DNA of 64,000 bases, taken from positions 1,116,001-1,180,000 of the forward strand of contig NIVC01000001.1 in the NCBI GenBank assembly GCA_002269645.1, given 5' to 3'. The DNA comes from Macrostomum lignano. Its lineage: Eukaryota. Positions 31,488 to 43,300 of the stretch are shown here, one piece after another; the stretch's first letter is position 1; each line of letters opens with the position of its first letter. The position numbers and the translations under genes are program-made. The notes under the pieces are model-generated. The model was not told where the DNA came from, did not search any database, and saw only the letters and a list, made by a program, of their open reading frames with translations.

Positions 31488-34400
31488 GATTACTGCACTC
31501 GATAAGCTAAGGATTATTGCTCTTGGCAAACCAAGGAATACTGCACTCGATAAGCCAAGGATTATTGCTCTTGGCAAACCAAGGATTACTGCACTCGATA
31601 AGCCATGGATTATTGCTATTAATAAACCAAGGATTACTGCACTCGATAAGCCAAGGATTATTGCTATTAATAAACCATGAATTACTGCACTCGATAAGCC
31701 AAGGATTATTGCTATTAATAAACCAAGGATTACTGCACTCATAAGCCATGGATTATTGCTATTAATAAACCAAGGATTACTGCACTCGATAAGCCAAGGA
31801 TTATTGCTATTAATAAACCAAGGATTACTGCACTCGATAAACCAAGGATTATTGCTATTAATAAACCAAGGATTACTGCACTCGATAAGCCAAGGACTAT
31901 TGCTATTAATAAACCAAGGATTACTGCACTCAATAAACCAAGGACTATTGCTCTTGGCAAACCAAGGAATACTGCACTCGATAAGCTAAGGATTATTGCT
32001 CTTGGCAAACCAAGGAATACTGCACTCGATAAGCCAAGGATTATTGCTCTTGGCAAACCAAGGATTACTGCACTCGATAAGCCATGGATTATTGCTATTA
32101 ATAAACCAAGGATTACTGCACTCGATAAGCCAAGGATTATTGCTATTAATAAACCATGAATTACTGCACTCGATAAGCCAAGGATTATTGCTATTAATAA
32201 ACCAAGGATTACTGCACTCATAAGCCATGGATTATTGCTATTAATAAACCAAGGATTACTGCACTCGATAAGCCAAGGATTATTGCTATTAATAAACCAA
32301 GGATTACTGCACTCGATAAACCAAGGATTATTGCTATTAATAAACCAAGGATTACTGCACTCGATAAGCCAAGGACTATTGCTATTAATAAACCAAGGAT
32401 TACTGCACTCAATAAACCAAGGACTATTGCTCTTGGCAAACCAAGGAATACTGCACTCGATAAGCTAAGGATTATTGCTCTTGGCAAACCAAGGAATACT
32501 GCACTCGATAAGCCAAGGATTATTGCTCTTGGCAAACCAAGGATTACTGCACTCGATAAGCCATGGATTATTGCTATTAATAAACCAAGGATTACTGCAC
32601 TCGATAAGCCAAGGATTATTGCTATTAATAAACCATGAATTACTGCACTCGATAAGCCAAGGATTATTGCTATTAATAAACCAAGGATTACTGCACTCAT
32701 AAGCCATGGATTATTGCTATTAATAAACCAAGGATTACTGCACTCGATAAGCCAAGGATTATTGCTATTAATAAACCAAGGATTACTGCACTCGATAAAC
32801 CAAGGATTATTGCTATTAATAAACCAAGGATTACTGCACTCGATAAGCCAAGGACTATTGCTATTAATAAACCAAGGATTACTGCACTCAATAAACCAAG
32901 GACTATTGCTCTTGGCAAACCAAGGATTACTGCACTCGATAAGCCAAGGACTATTGCTCTTGGCAAACCAAGGATTACTGCACTCGATAAGCCATGGATT
33001 ATTGCTATTAATAAACCAAGGATTACTGCACTCGATAAGCCAAGGATTATTGCTATTAATAAACTAAGGATTACTGCACTCGATAAACCAAGGATTATTG
33101 CTATTAATAAACCAAGGATTATGCACTTGGCAAACCAAGGATTACTGCAATCGATAAGCCAAGGATTATTGCTATTAATAAACCAAGCATTACTGCACTC
33201 AATAAACCAAGGACTATTGCTATTAATAAACCAAGGATTACTGCACTCAAAAAACCAAGGACTATTGCTCTTGGCAAACCAAGGATTACTGCACTCGATA
33301 AGCCAAGGATTATTGCTATTAATAAACCAAGGATTACTGCACTCGATAAGCCAAGGATTATTGCTATTAATAAACCAAGGATTAATGCACTCGATAAACC
33401 AAGGATTATTGCTATTAATAAACCAAGGATTACTGCACTCGATAAGCCAAGGATTATTGCTATTAATAAACCAAGGATTATGCACTTGGCAAACCAAGGA
33501 TTACTGCACTCGATAAGCCAAGGATTATTGCTATTAATAAACCAAGGATTACTGCACTCAATAAACCAAGGACTATTGCTATTAATAAACCATGAATTAC
33601 TGCACTCGATAAGCCAAGGATTATTGCTATTAATAAACCAAGGATTACTGCACTCATAAGCCATGGATTATTGCTATTAATAAACCAAGGATTACTGCAC
33701 TCGATAAGCCAAGGATTATTGCTATTAATAAACCAAGGATTACTGCACTCGATAAACCAAGGATTATTGCTATTAATAAACCAAGGATTACTGCACTCGA
33801 TAAGCCAAGGACTATTGCTATTAATAAACCAAGGATTACTGCACTCAATAAACCAAGGACTATTGCTCTTGGCAAACCAAGGATTACTGCACTCGATAAG
33901 CCAAGGACTATTGCTCTTGGCAAACCAAGGATTACTGCACTCGATAAGCCATGGATTATTGCTATTAATAAACCAAGGATTACTGCACTCGATAAGCCAA
34001 GGATTATTGCTATTAATAAACTAAGGATTACTGCACTCGATAAACCAAGGATTATTGCTATTAATAAACCAAGGATTATGCACTTGGCAAACCAAGGATT
34101 ACTGCAATCGATAAGCCAAGGATTATTGCTATTAATAAACCAAGCATTACTGCACTCAATAAACCAAGGACTATTGCTATTAATAAACCAAGGATTACTG
34201 CACTCAAAAAACCAAGGACTATTGCTCTTGGCAAACCAAGGATTACTGCACTCGATAAGCCAAGGATTATTGCTATTAATAAACCAAGGATTACTGCACT
34301 CGATAAGCCAAGGATTATTGCTATTAATAAACCAAGGATTAATGCACTCGATAAACCAAGGATTATTGCTATTAATAAACCAAGGATTACTGCACTCGAT

Positions 34401-35310
34401 AAGCCAAGGATTATTGCTATTAATAAACCAAGGATTATGCACTTGGCAAACCAAGGATTACTGCACTCGATAAGCCAAGGATTATTGCTATTAATAAACC
34501 AAGGATTACTGCACTCAATAAACCAAGGACTATTGCTATTAATAAACCAAGGATTACTGCACTCAATAAACCAAGGACTATTGCTCTTGGCAAACCAAGG
34601 ATTACTGCACTCGATAAGCCAAGGACTATTGCTCTTGGCAAACCAAGGATTACTGCACTCGATAAGCCATGGATTATTGCTATTAATAAACCAAGGATTA
34701 CTGCACTCGATAAGCCAAGGATTATTGCTATTAATAAACCAAGGATTACTGCACTCGATAAACCAAGGATTATGCACTTGGCAAACCAAGGATTACTGCA
34801 CTCGATAAGCCAAGGATTATTGCTATTAATAAACCAAGGATTACTGCACTCAATAAACCAAGGACTATTGCTATTAATAAACCAAGGATTACTGCACTCA
34901 ATAAACCAAGGACTATTGCTCTTGGCAAACCAAGGATTACTGCACTCGATAAGCCAAGGACTATTGCTCTTGGCAAACCAAGGATTACTGCACTCGATAA
35001 GCCATGGATTATTGCTATTAATAAACCAAGGATTACTGCACTCGATAAACCAAGGATTATTGCTATTAATAAACCAAGGATTACTGCACTCGATAAGGCA
35101 TGGATTATTGCTATTAATAAACCAAGGATTACTGCACTCGATAAGCCAAGGATTATTGCTATTAATAAACCATGAATTACTGCACTCGATAAGCCAAGGA
35201 TTATTGCTATTAATAAACCAAGGATTACTGCACTCGATAAGCCATGGATTATTGCTATTAATAAACCAAGGATTACTGCACTCGATAGCCAAGGATTACT
35301 GCGCTTGATA
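31488..35310. repeat. 48-bp dimeric satellite (24+24 bp; ATAAACCAAGGATTACTGCACTCG / ATAAGCCAAGGATTATTGCTATTA) with 479- and 957-bp higher-order repeats
   Basis: 16-aa periodic pseudo-ORFs; variant markers recur at 31501/31980/32459 and at ~33117/34074 and ~33477/34434. Confidence 0.97.
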
Positions 35311-35344
35311 AGCTTGGCTACATGTATAGGATTATTTCTATCCA

Positions 35345-35545
35345 GGGATGCTTGCTATTTAGGGATTCTTGCTATGTGCAGGATGCTTGCTATCTGGAAA
35401 GATGCTTCTACATTATTTGGGGTATGCTTGCTATCTGCAAGATGCTTGCTATCTGCAAGATGCTTGCTATCTGCAGATGCTTGCTATCTGGGTGGATGCT
35501 TGCTAGGAGTATTAGGGGATGCTTGCTACTGGGGGGATGCTTGCT
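35345..35545. repeat. degenerate ~18-bp repeat (AAGATGCTTGCTATCTGC)
   Basis: Direct inspection. Confidence 0.8.
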
Positions 35546-35589
35546 GTCTTGGGAATATTTTCTATTTAGGGGTAATGACTAAAATTCAT

Positions 35590-35675
35590 GAGAGCTAGCC
35601 TAGAGGTAAACAGACTAAACTGCTAAATGCAGGGACGATGGTTCGAATTTTTAGAGAGTAGAGTTTTTTTAATTA
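35590..35675 (+). other. tRNA-like Pol III promoter cassette heading satellite array B
   Basis: TAGCCTAGAGG (35596-35606), GGTTCGAATT (35640-35649), followed by T tracts. Confidence 0.5.
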
Positions 35676-35704
35676 AAGCCTTTTAACGCCAAGACAAAAA
35701 AAAT

Positions 35705-37060
35705 TATGGAAGCGTCATGTAAACAATCATACAAGCGTCATGTAAACAATCATAGAAGCGTCATGTAAACAATCATAGAAGCGTCATGTAAACAATCAGA
35801 GAAGCGTCATGTAAAAATCATAGAAGCGTCATGTAAACAATCATAGAAGCGTCATGTAAACAATCATAGAAGCGTCATGTAAACAATCATAGAAGCGTCA
35901 TGTAAACAATCAGAGAAGCGTCATGTAAAAATCATAGAAGCGTAATGTAAACAATCATAGAAGCGTCATGTTAAAATCATAAAAGCGTCATGTAAACAAT
36001 CATACAAGCGTCATGTAAACAATCATAGAAGCGTCATGTAAAAAAATCATAGAAGCGTCATGTTAAAATCATAAAAGCGTCATAAAAAATCATAGAAGCG
36101 TCATGCAAGCAATCATAGAAGCGTAATGTAAACAATCATAGAAGCGTCATGTTAAAATCATACAAGCGTCATGTAAACAATCATACAAGCGTCATGTAAA
36201 CAATCATAGAAGCGTCATGTAAAAAAATCATAGAAGCGTCATGTTAAAATCATAGAAGCGTCATGTAAACAATCATAGAAGCGTCATGTAAACAATCATA
36301 GAAGCGTCATGTAAAAATCATAGAAGCGTCATGTAAAAATCATAGAAGCGTCATGTAAACAATCATAAAAGCGTCATGTAAACAATCATAGAAGCGTCAT
36401 GTATACAATCATAGAAGCGTCATGTAAACAATCATAGAAGCGTCATGTAAAAAATCATAGAAGCGTCATGTAAAAATCATAGAAGCGTCATGTAAAAATC
36501 ATAGAAGCGTCATGTAAAAATCATAGAAGCGTCATGTAAAAATCATAGAAGCGTCATGTAAAAAATCATAGAAGCGTCATGTAAAAATCATAGAAGCGTC
36601 ATGTAAACAATCATAGAAGCGTCATGTAAAAATCATAGAAGCGTCATGTAAAAATCATAGAAGCGTCATGTAAACAATCATAAAAGCGTCATGTAAACAA
36701 TCATAGAAGCGTCATGTATACAATCATAGAAGCGTCATGTAAACAATCATAGAAGCGTCATGTAAAAAATCATAGAAGCGTCAGGTAAAAATCATAGAAG
36801 CGTCATGTAAACAATCATAGAAGCGTCATGTAAAAATCATAGAAGCGTCATGTAAAAATCATAGAAGCGTCATGTAAAAAATCATAGAAGCGTCATGTAA
36901 AAATCATAAAAGCGTCATGTAAAAAATCATAGAAGCGTCATGTAAACAATCATACAAGCGTCATGTAAACAATCATAGAAGCGTCATGTAAAAATCATAC
37001 AAGCGTCATGTAAACAAGCATAGAAGCGTCATGAAAAAATTATAGAAGCCTCATATAAAA
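35705..37060. repeat. 22/23-bp satellite, same family as 26276-28345, ~60 copies
   Basis: Direct inspection; inside element B. Confidence 0.97.
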
Positions 37061-38000
37061 ACTAATGAAAGTGTGTCATTTAAAAAATTAAGAAGCATCA
37101 TGGAAGAATAAAAGAAGCGTAACGTAAAAATCAAAAGAAGCGTCATGTCAGACATGAAAGAAATGTCATATAAAAATTAAATGAAGCTATAGTACAGTGC
37201 TGTGCTGGGGAGAATTACTGAGACGTCAAGGCTCACAGAGAATAACTGAGATTACAGGGGGGTTTCTGAGATGTTAAAGCAAAAGTCAGAAGCTACTTCA
37301 AAGTACATGTACTTTACTTAAGTTTTTTATTGCATTCTTTGTTGGCTTGCCACGGTGGGGGGGGCGCTGATAGAAGAAGAGTCATGTAAAAATAAAAGGA
37401 GCACTATGTATACATAAAATAAAAGTCATGTCAAAGTTAAAAGATTCATTTGGGAATTGCTACGATGTCAAAGCTTGGAGGGAATCGTTATAGTGCTGTG
37501 ATTCTTAAAGAAGGAATCACTTAAATGCCAAGGCTTAGGGAAGAAGAATTGCTGAGATTTCAAGGCTTTAGGTTGGGTGAAAGTTAGGTTTACGTCAGGT
37601 TTGGGTTGAGGGTTAGATTTTAGCGCGTTTCAAGGTTAACAGGAGATTTTTTAGATTTCAAGGTTTATGGGGGGCATCGCTGACATGTCAAGGCTTACGA
37701 GGGGAATCTATCTATCTATCTATAGCTGAGATGTCAAGGCTCACGGGGGAATAAATGAGATGTCAAGGCTAATGTCAGAAGCTACATGTAGTTTATTGGA
37801 AAAAAGTTATTACATTATTTGTTGGCTCCTCACGGGAGGGATCGCTGATAGAAAAAGCGTAATGTAAAAAAAAAGAAGCTTCATGTCAAAGTTAAGAGAT
37901 TCATTTGGGAATCCCTACGATGTCGAGGCTTGCAGGGAATCGCTATAATGCTGTAGTAGTGCTATAGACTCTTAGAGAGAATTACTGAAATTTCAATGCT

Positions 38001-38034
38001 TTAGGGTTAGGGTTAGGGTTAGGGTTAGGGTTAG
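38001..38034 (+). repeat. interstitial telomeric repeat (TTAGGG)5
   Basis: Five perfect units plus TTAG, at the position homologous to 29264. Confidence 0.9.
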
Positions 38035-38882
38035 AAAATAGACAGATTTTTTAAGATTTCAAGGCTTGTGGGAGCATTGCTGAGATGTCAAGGGGGGAGT
38101 TGATATGTTAAGGCTTGTGGGGGGGGGATTGCTGACATGTCAAGGCTTACAAGGGTACTGGTAGCGTACTGAAGCATACTGGTAGAAGTAGCTCTGAAAG
38201 AAGGCAAGTATGGTTGAATTTCAATGTCTGTTATAAAATTCTGCACAAACATGTTTTATTGGTACATAAGCCTGGAATTAAAATGAGAATTCGATTCCTA
38301 GCCCCCTCCCTAAGAATTTTTTTTCATTTAAAAGGATTCGTCCCTTGCTTATTGGCCACCCGAAGGCCATTTTTTATCAAAAATGATAAAAATAATTTTT
38401 ATCAAACACGTTGACATATACAGGGCTCTAAACTAAAAACTGTAAAAAGTTGATAGTTTTGTTTTACCTAAAATGCGTTATTAACGATCTCCAAAAATTC
38501 CTATTTTAAGCTTAAGCTTAAGAAAAACACTTAAAGTACTCCTGCTAAAAGGTATATTATATTAGACGAATATTAATTATTTCTGCTCCCCGAAGGGGGG
38601 CAAAACTTTAGCTAGTTCTTTCTTAAATTCTATTTATTTTTCTTCTCAAAGAATCAAAGATTAAATTTTAAGTTGGGTAATTTTGTGTCTTGTGTGAACA
38701 AATGCATGTGCTGTTGTACAAAATATATATTTTTTAAACATTTAATAGCCATTTACATATATGCGCAACAGTTGGCCGAGTTGGCCAATCCAGCCAACCA
38801 ATTTGGTGGCCAACCAGGAGGAAGTTGGAGGAAGTTGCAAAAATGCCCACCCAAAAAAACCCAAGTAGTAAGTAGTTCTAAG

Positions 38883-39237
38883 GGGGGCCGTAGCCCAGCG
38901 GTAGCGCAGCTGCTCTGGTGTGCCGCGACCCAGGCTCGATTCCAAGTGCAGCCACATTAATTTGGGGCTGGATTGGAATCTTGGCTTGGCTCGCTTGTGC
39001 AATTAATGGCCTTGAGAGCCAAACCCCCAAGGCGCAGTGAAGTGTACATGCCTAACAATTGATAAAGTTAGGGCCGCTGTACACTCCTGTGTGAGTGTGT
39101 GCCTGCGTAACATATACGCGTGCTTGTATGCCTGCTCAGGGGAGTCGGCGGAATGGGCAGTAATGCCTCTCGCCGGTTGTGTGCCAATGATGCTTAAATT
39201 GCGCCAGGGTGCACACATCCCCCCTGCCTCTAAAAAA
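38883..39237 (+). mobile_element. full-length tRNA-derived SINE with 13-bp TSD
   Basis: A-box TAGCCCAGCGG, B-box-like GGCTCGATTCC, short poly(A) tail; perfect TSD AAGTAGTTCTAAG at 38870-38882 and 39238-39250. Confidence 0.87.
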
Positions 39238-39639
39238 AAGTAGTTCTAAGTAGCTGACGAAGCATTTTGGCTTAATAAGACAGTCATAGTTACTCTTGCC
39301 ATTTATGTTAATTTTGCCTTGAAGTTTTTTTACATGTAAGTCGCATTTTTGGCCAAAAACTACATCGCATTTTTGTTAAAACTAAGTCGCACGGCCGACC
39401 GAATTGTGGAGGTTGTGCATGCAGCATGTATGGCCATTTATAATTAATTAACCTGGTATATATATGTTCCTAGAATTGCGTCTATAGGGTCTTTTTATCC
39501 TATAGAACCAATTTCTTAATATTGCCTCTTAAAATTTACAAAAATGATGTATGCCTAGGAAAAAAATGGGTTAGGGTCCTATCCTACTTAACCTTGATGC
39601 TATAGGTAAATGGCAGAAGTTGCTATCACTATATAGAGT

Positions 39640-39995
39640 CTTGTCATAGCCCAGTGGTCTACTGCAGTACTCTAATGTGCTAGCAGCCCAGGCTCAATTC
39701 CAAGTGCAGTCACATTAATAATTCGGGGCTAAATTGGAATCTTGGCTTGGCTCTGCTCATGCAATTAATGACCTTGAGGGCCAACCCCCAAAACACAGTG
39801 AAGTGTACATGCCTAACGATAAATAAAGTTAGAGCTGTTGTACACTCCTGTGTGTGCCTGTATATATGACTGCGTAGGTATCTGTGCGCATGTGTGCCTG
39901 CTTAGGGGAGTCTGTGGAATGGGCAGTAATGCCTCTCGCCGGTTGTGCAGCAATGTCGCTTAAAGTGCACCAGGATGCGTACAACCCTTTGTCTC
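39640..39995 (+). mobile_element. second, more diverged copy of the same SINE
   Basis: Colinear with 38883-39237 (TAGCCCAGTGG, GGCTCAATTCC, GGAATGGGCAGTAATGCCTCTCGCCGGTTG); no TSD seen. Confidence 0.78.
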
Positions 39996-40301
39996 TGATG
40001 AACAGTAGATTTATTATCATTCCATAAGTTTTCTTTCCCTGCAGTTCTTTAAGTATCTTCGTTATATGTTTAGTCTTAATTGTTTTAAAAATCATGTACA
40101 ATGCACGTGTCTTTAAAATGCATTGCAATCAAGTGTTTTTTTCTAATGAACTGTAATAATGTGTGCTTTATCTTGATGCAAATCAAAGCCACCAGATATT
40201 GAAGCTCAGTTTACTGCTATGCTAGCCTAAGTTAACTGAAGCGTCTGTGGACTACCAAAACATTGTCTCAGCGGCCAGGGCAGCTCAGCAGCCAATCAGC
40301 A

Positions 40302-43300
40302 ATGGGCGAGCTGGAGGCCGCCTACGACAGCTTCGTCTCGGCCGGGGACATCGCGCCCTGCCTGGCCGCCTTCAATCGCCTGTGCGAACTGCTGGATTTG
40401 AATCCGTGCAGTCCGGACTTCTTCAGGCACCAGTTGGCTAAGCGGCGAAGCGGCCGGCACTGGCGGGCTGGCCAGCTGCTGTCTGTGCTGCATCAGAAGG
40501 CCTCGGCCAAGGACTACGCTAGCGGGGCCGCGGCCGCCGGCTGTCGGGCCCTGGTGATCGGCGGCGGGCCCTGCGGCCTGCGGACGGCGATCGAGCTGGC
40601 CCTGCTGGGTGCCCGAGTCACTGTGCTGGAGAAACGGGACCGGTTCTCGCGGAACAATGTCCTCCACCTGTGGCCCTTTCTAATTGAAGATTTGAAAGCC
40701 CTTGGCGCTAAAAAACTCGCACCGCATCTGTTTAGCGGGCCGATTGATCACATCAGCATCAAGACTCTGCAGTGCATCCTGCTCAAGATCGCCCTGTTGC
40801 TAGGTGTCGATTTTTTACCTGGCGTCGGCTTTGAAGGCATGGAAGAGGTTCCGCCTTCGGCTCCTGGCGGCGCCAGCATTGAAGACAACGGCGGGTCGCA
40901 GGGCTTCCGGTGTCGAGTTGACCCGCCGGAACATCCGGTTGCGAGGTTTGGGCATTATTGCTCTCGATATGGGCCTTTTTATAGCCTATAGTTAGATCAG
41001 ATAACCCCTAAGTCACACCCAGATAATCTTCTTAAATCTGTCGTGAGAGTCGCCCTAAATCTGCTATTGAGTCGCCCCAAACCTGTTATTGAAAAAGTCG
41101 CCCTAAACCTGCTATTGAATCGCCCTAAACCTGCTATTGAGAGAGTCGCCCTAAACGTGTTATTGAGAGAGTCGCCCTAAACCTGCTATTGAGAGAGTCG
41201 CCCTCAAGATGTTATTGAGAGTCGCCCTCAAGATGTTATTGAGAGAGTCGCCCTCAAGATGTTATTGAGAGTCGCCCTCAAGATGTTATTGAGAGTCGCC
41301 CTCAAGATGTTATTGAGAGAGTCGCCCTCAAGATGTTATTGAGAGTCGCCCTCAAGATGTAATTGAGAGTCGCCCTCAAGATGTAATTGAGAGTCGCCCT
41401 CAAGATGTTATTGAGAGTCGCGCTCAAGATGTAATTGAGAGACTCGCCCTCAAGATGTAATTGAGAGTCGCCCTAAACCTGCTATTGAGAGAGTCGCCCT
41501 CAAGATGTAATTGAGAGTCGCCCTCAAGATGTAATTGAGAGTCGCCCTAAACCTGCTATTGAGAGAGTCGCCCTCAAGATGTTATTGAGAGTCGCCCTCA
41601 AGATGTTATTGAGAGAGTCGCCCTCAAGATGTTATTGAGAGTCGCCCTCAAGATGTAATTGAGAGTCGCCCTCAAGATGTAATTGAGAGTCGCCCTCAAG
41701 ATGTAATTGAGAGTCGCCCTCAAGATGTAATTGAGAGTCGCCCTCAAGATGTAATTGAGAGTCGCCCTCAAGATGTAATTGAGAGTCGCCCTCAACCTGT
41801 CACTGAGACAGTTATCATAAAAGTGTAACACTAGACAAGAGAATGGCATTAAATCAGCAATCTTCCAAGCCGTCTCCCGTTTCCCTCCCACCCAGACTGG
41901 AGTTCAACGTCCTTATAGGCGCCGACGGCAAGCGCAACACCCTGCCGGGCTTTCGCCGCAAAGTGTTCCGCGGCAAGCTGGCCATAGCAATTACGGCTAA
42001 TTTTATTAAACGAGGAGCCGCCGAAGAATCGCAGGTGCAAGAAATATCGGGCTTTTCATACATCTACAATCAGAAATATTTTAACGATCTGCGCCAGGCT
42101 ACGGGTATTGATTTAGAGAACATCGTGTACTATAGAGACGACACGCACTACTTTGTGATGACGGCCAAGAAGGCGTCTCTCATACACAAAGGCGTCCTAT
42201 TGCGCGACTACGACGATCCCAGCCAGCTGCTGTCCCAGCAGAATGTCGATCAGGACAAATTGAAAGCCTACGCTGTTGAGGCGGCCACCTACGCTACTGG
42301 CGGCGGCTTAGCCAATATGGAATTCGCTGCTAATCACTGCGGCTCCGAGGACGTTGCCATGTTCGACTTTACCGAACTCTGCTCGGCCGAAAACTCTTGC
42401 CGAATTGTACACCGTCGAGGTCAAAGCGCCATCGTCTGCCTGGTTGGCGACTCTCTGTTGGAGCCGTTCTGGCCAACTGGCTCGGGCTGCGCCAGAGGCT
42501 TCTTAGGCGCGCTGGACTGCGCCTGGCTGGTCAAGCAGTTCTGCAGCGGCCGGTGCAGCGTACTGGAAGCCATAGCCGAACGGGAAAGCGTCTATCAGCT
42601 GTTGTCGCAGACAACTCCCGAGACTGTTAGTCAGAAGTTTGATGATTTCGGCATTAATCCGTCTAGTCGATATCCGGCTTATAATAAGCTGAGCGGATTA
42701 AAGCCAGATCAGGTTAGTGCCTGGTGGAGTACCGGTCAACTGAGATTACCTGTTCAACTAGGATATCTGTTCACTTAGGATACCTGTTCAATTGGGATGC
42801 CTGTTCAAATGGGATGCCTCTTCAAATGGGATACCTGTTCAACTGGGATACCTGTTCAACTGGGATACCTGTTCAACTGGGATACCTGTTCAACTGGGAT
42901 ACCTGTTCAACTGAGATGCCTGTTCAAATGGGATACCTGTTCAACTGGAATAGCCGTTTAACTGGGATACCTGTTCAACTGGGATACCTGTTCAACTGGG
43001 ATACCTGTTCAAATGGGATACCTGTTTAACTGGGATACCTGTTTAACTGGGATACCTGTTTAACTGGGATACCTGTTTAACTGGGATACCTGTTTACCTG
43101 GGCACTCCTTTCTAACTAGGAGACCAGTTCACCTAAGACACCTGTAATGTCACGTCTCTTATGATACTTTGAGAGATACCTGGGCATGAGGAGCGGTTCC
43201 TGTGCACCTTAGTTTTTTTCACAGATAAAAAAATTTCAGTTCTCAATGTACTTATCCACTTGCGCCTGATTCACAATTTCAGGTCAGACACCTATTTGAT

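Larger units (their letters stand above)
30815..38615 (+). mobile_element. non-autonomous Helitron-like element B (7.8 kb) with two satellites and telomeric repeats
   Basis: A^TCTAATATACTAAAAATGA...TTGCTTGCTTGT...CGAACGGCTCAACCGATTTT 5' end. Shares ~500 bp of 5' sequence and ~1 kb of body with element A. 3' hairpin GCTCCCC-GAA-GGGGGGC (38585-38601), then CTAG (38612-38615) followed by T. Linking 38155-38615 to the element is inferred. Confidence 0.68.

Noticed and set aside
31485-35308. Many hydrophobic ORFs (SAVILGLLIAII..., LLLINQGLLHS...)
   Set aside because: Periodic translations of the 48-bp satellite.
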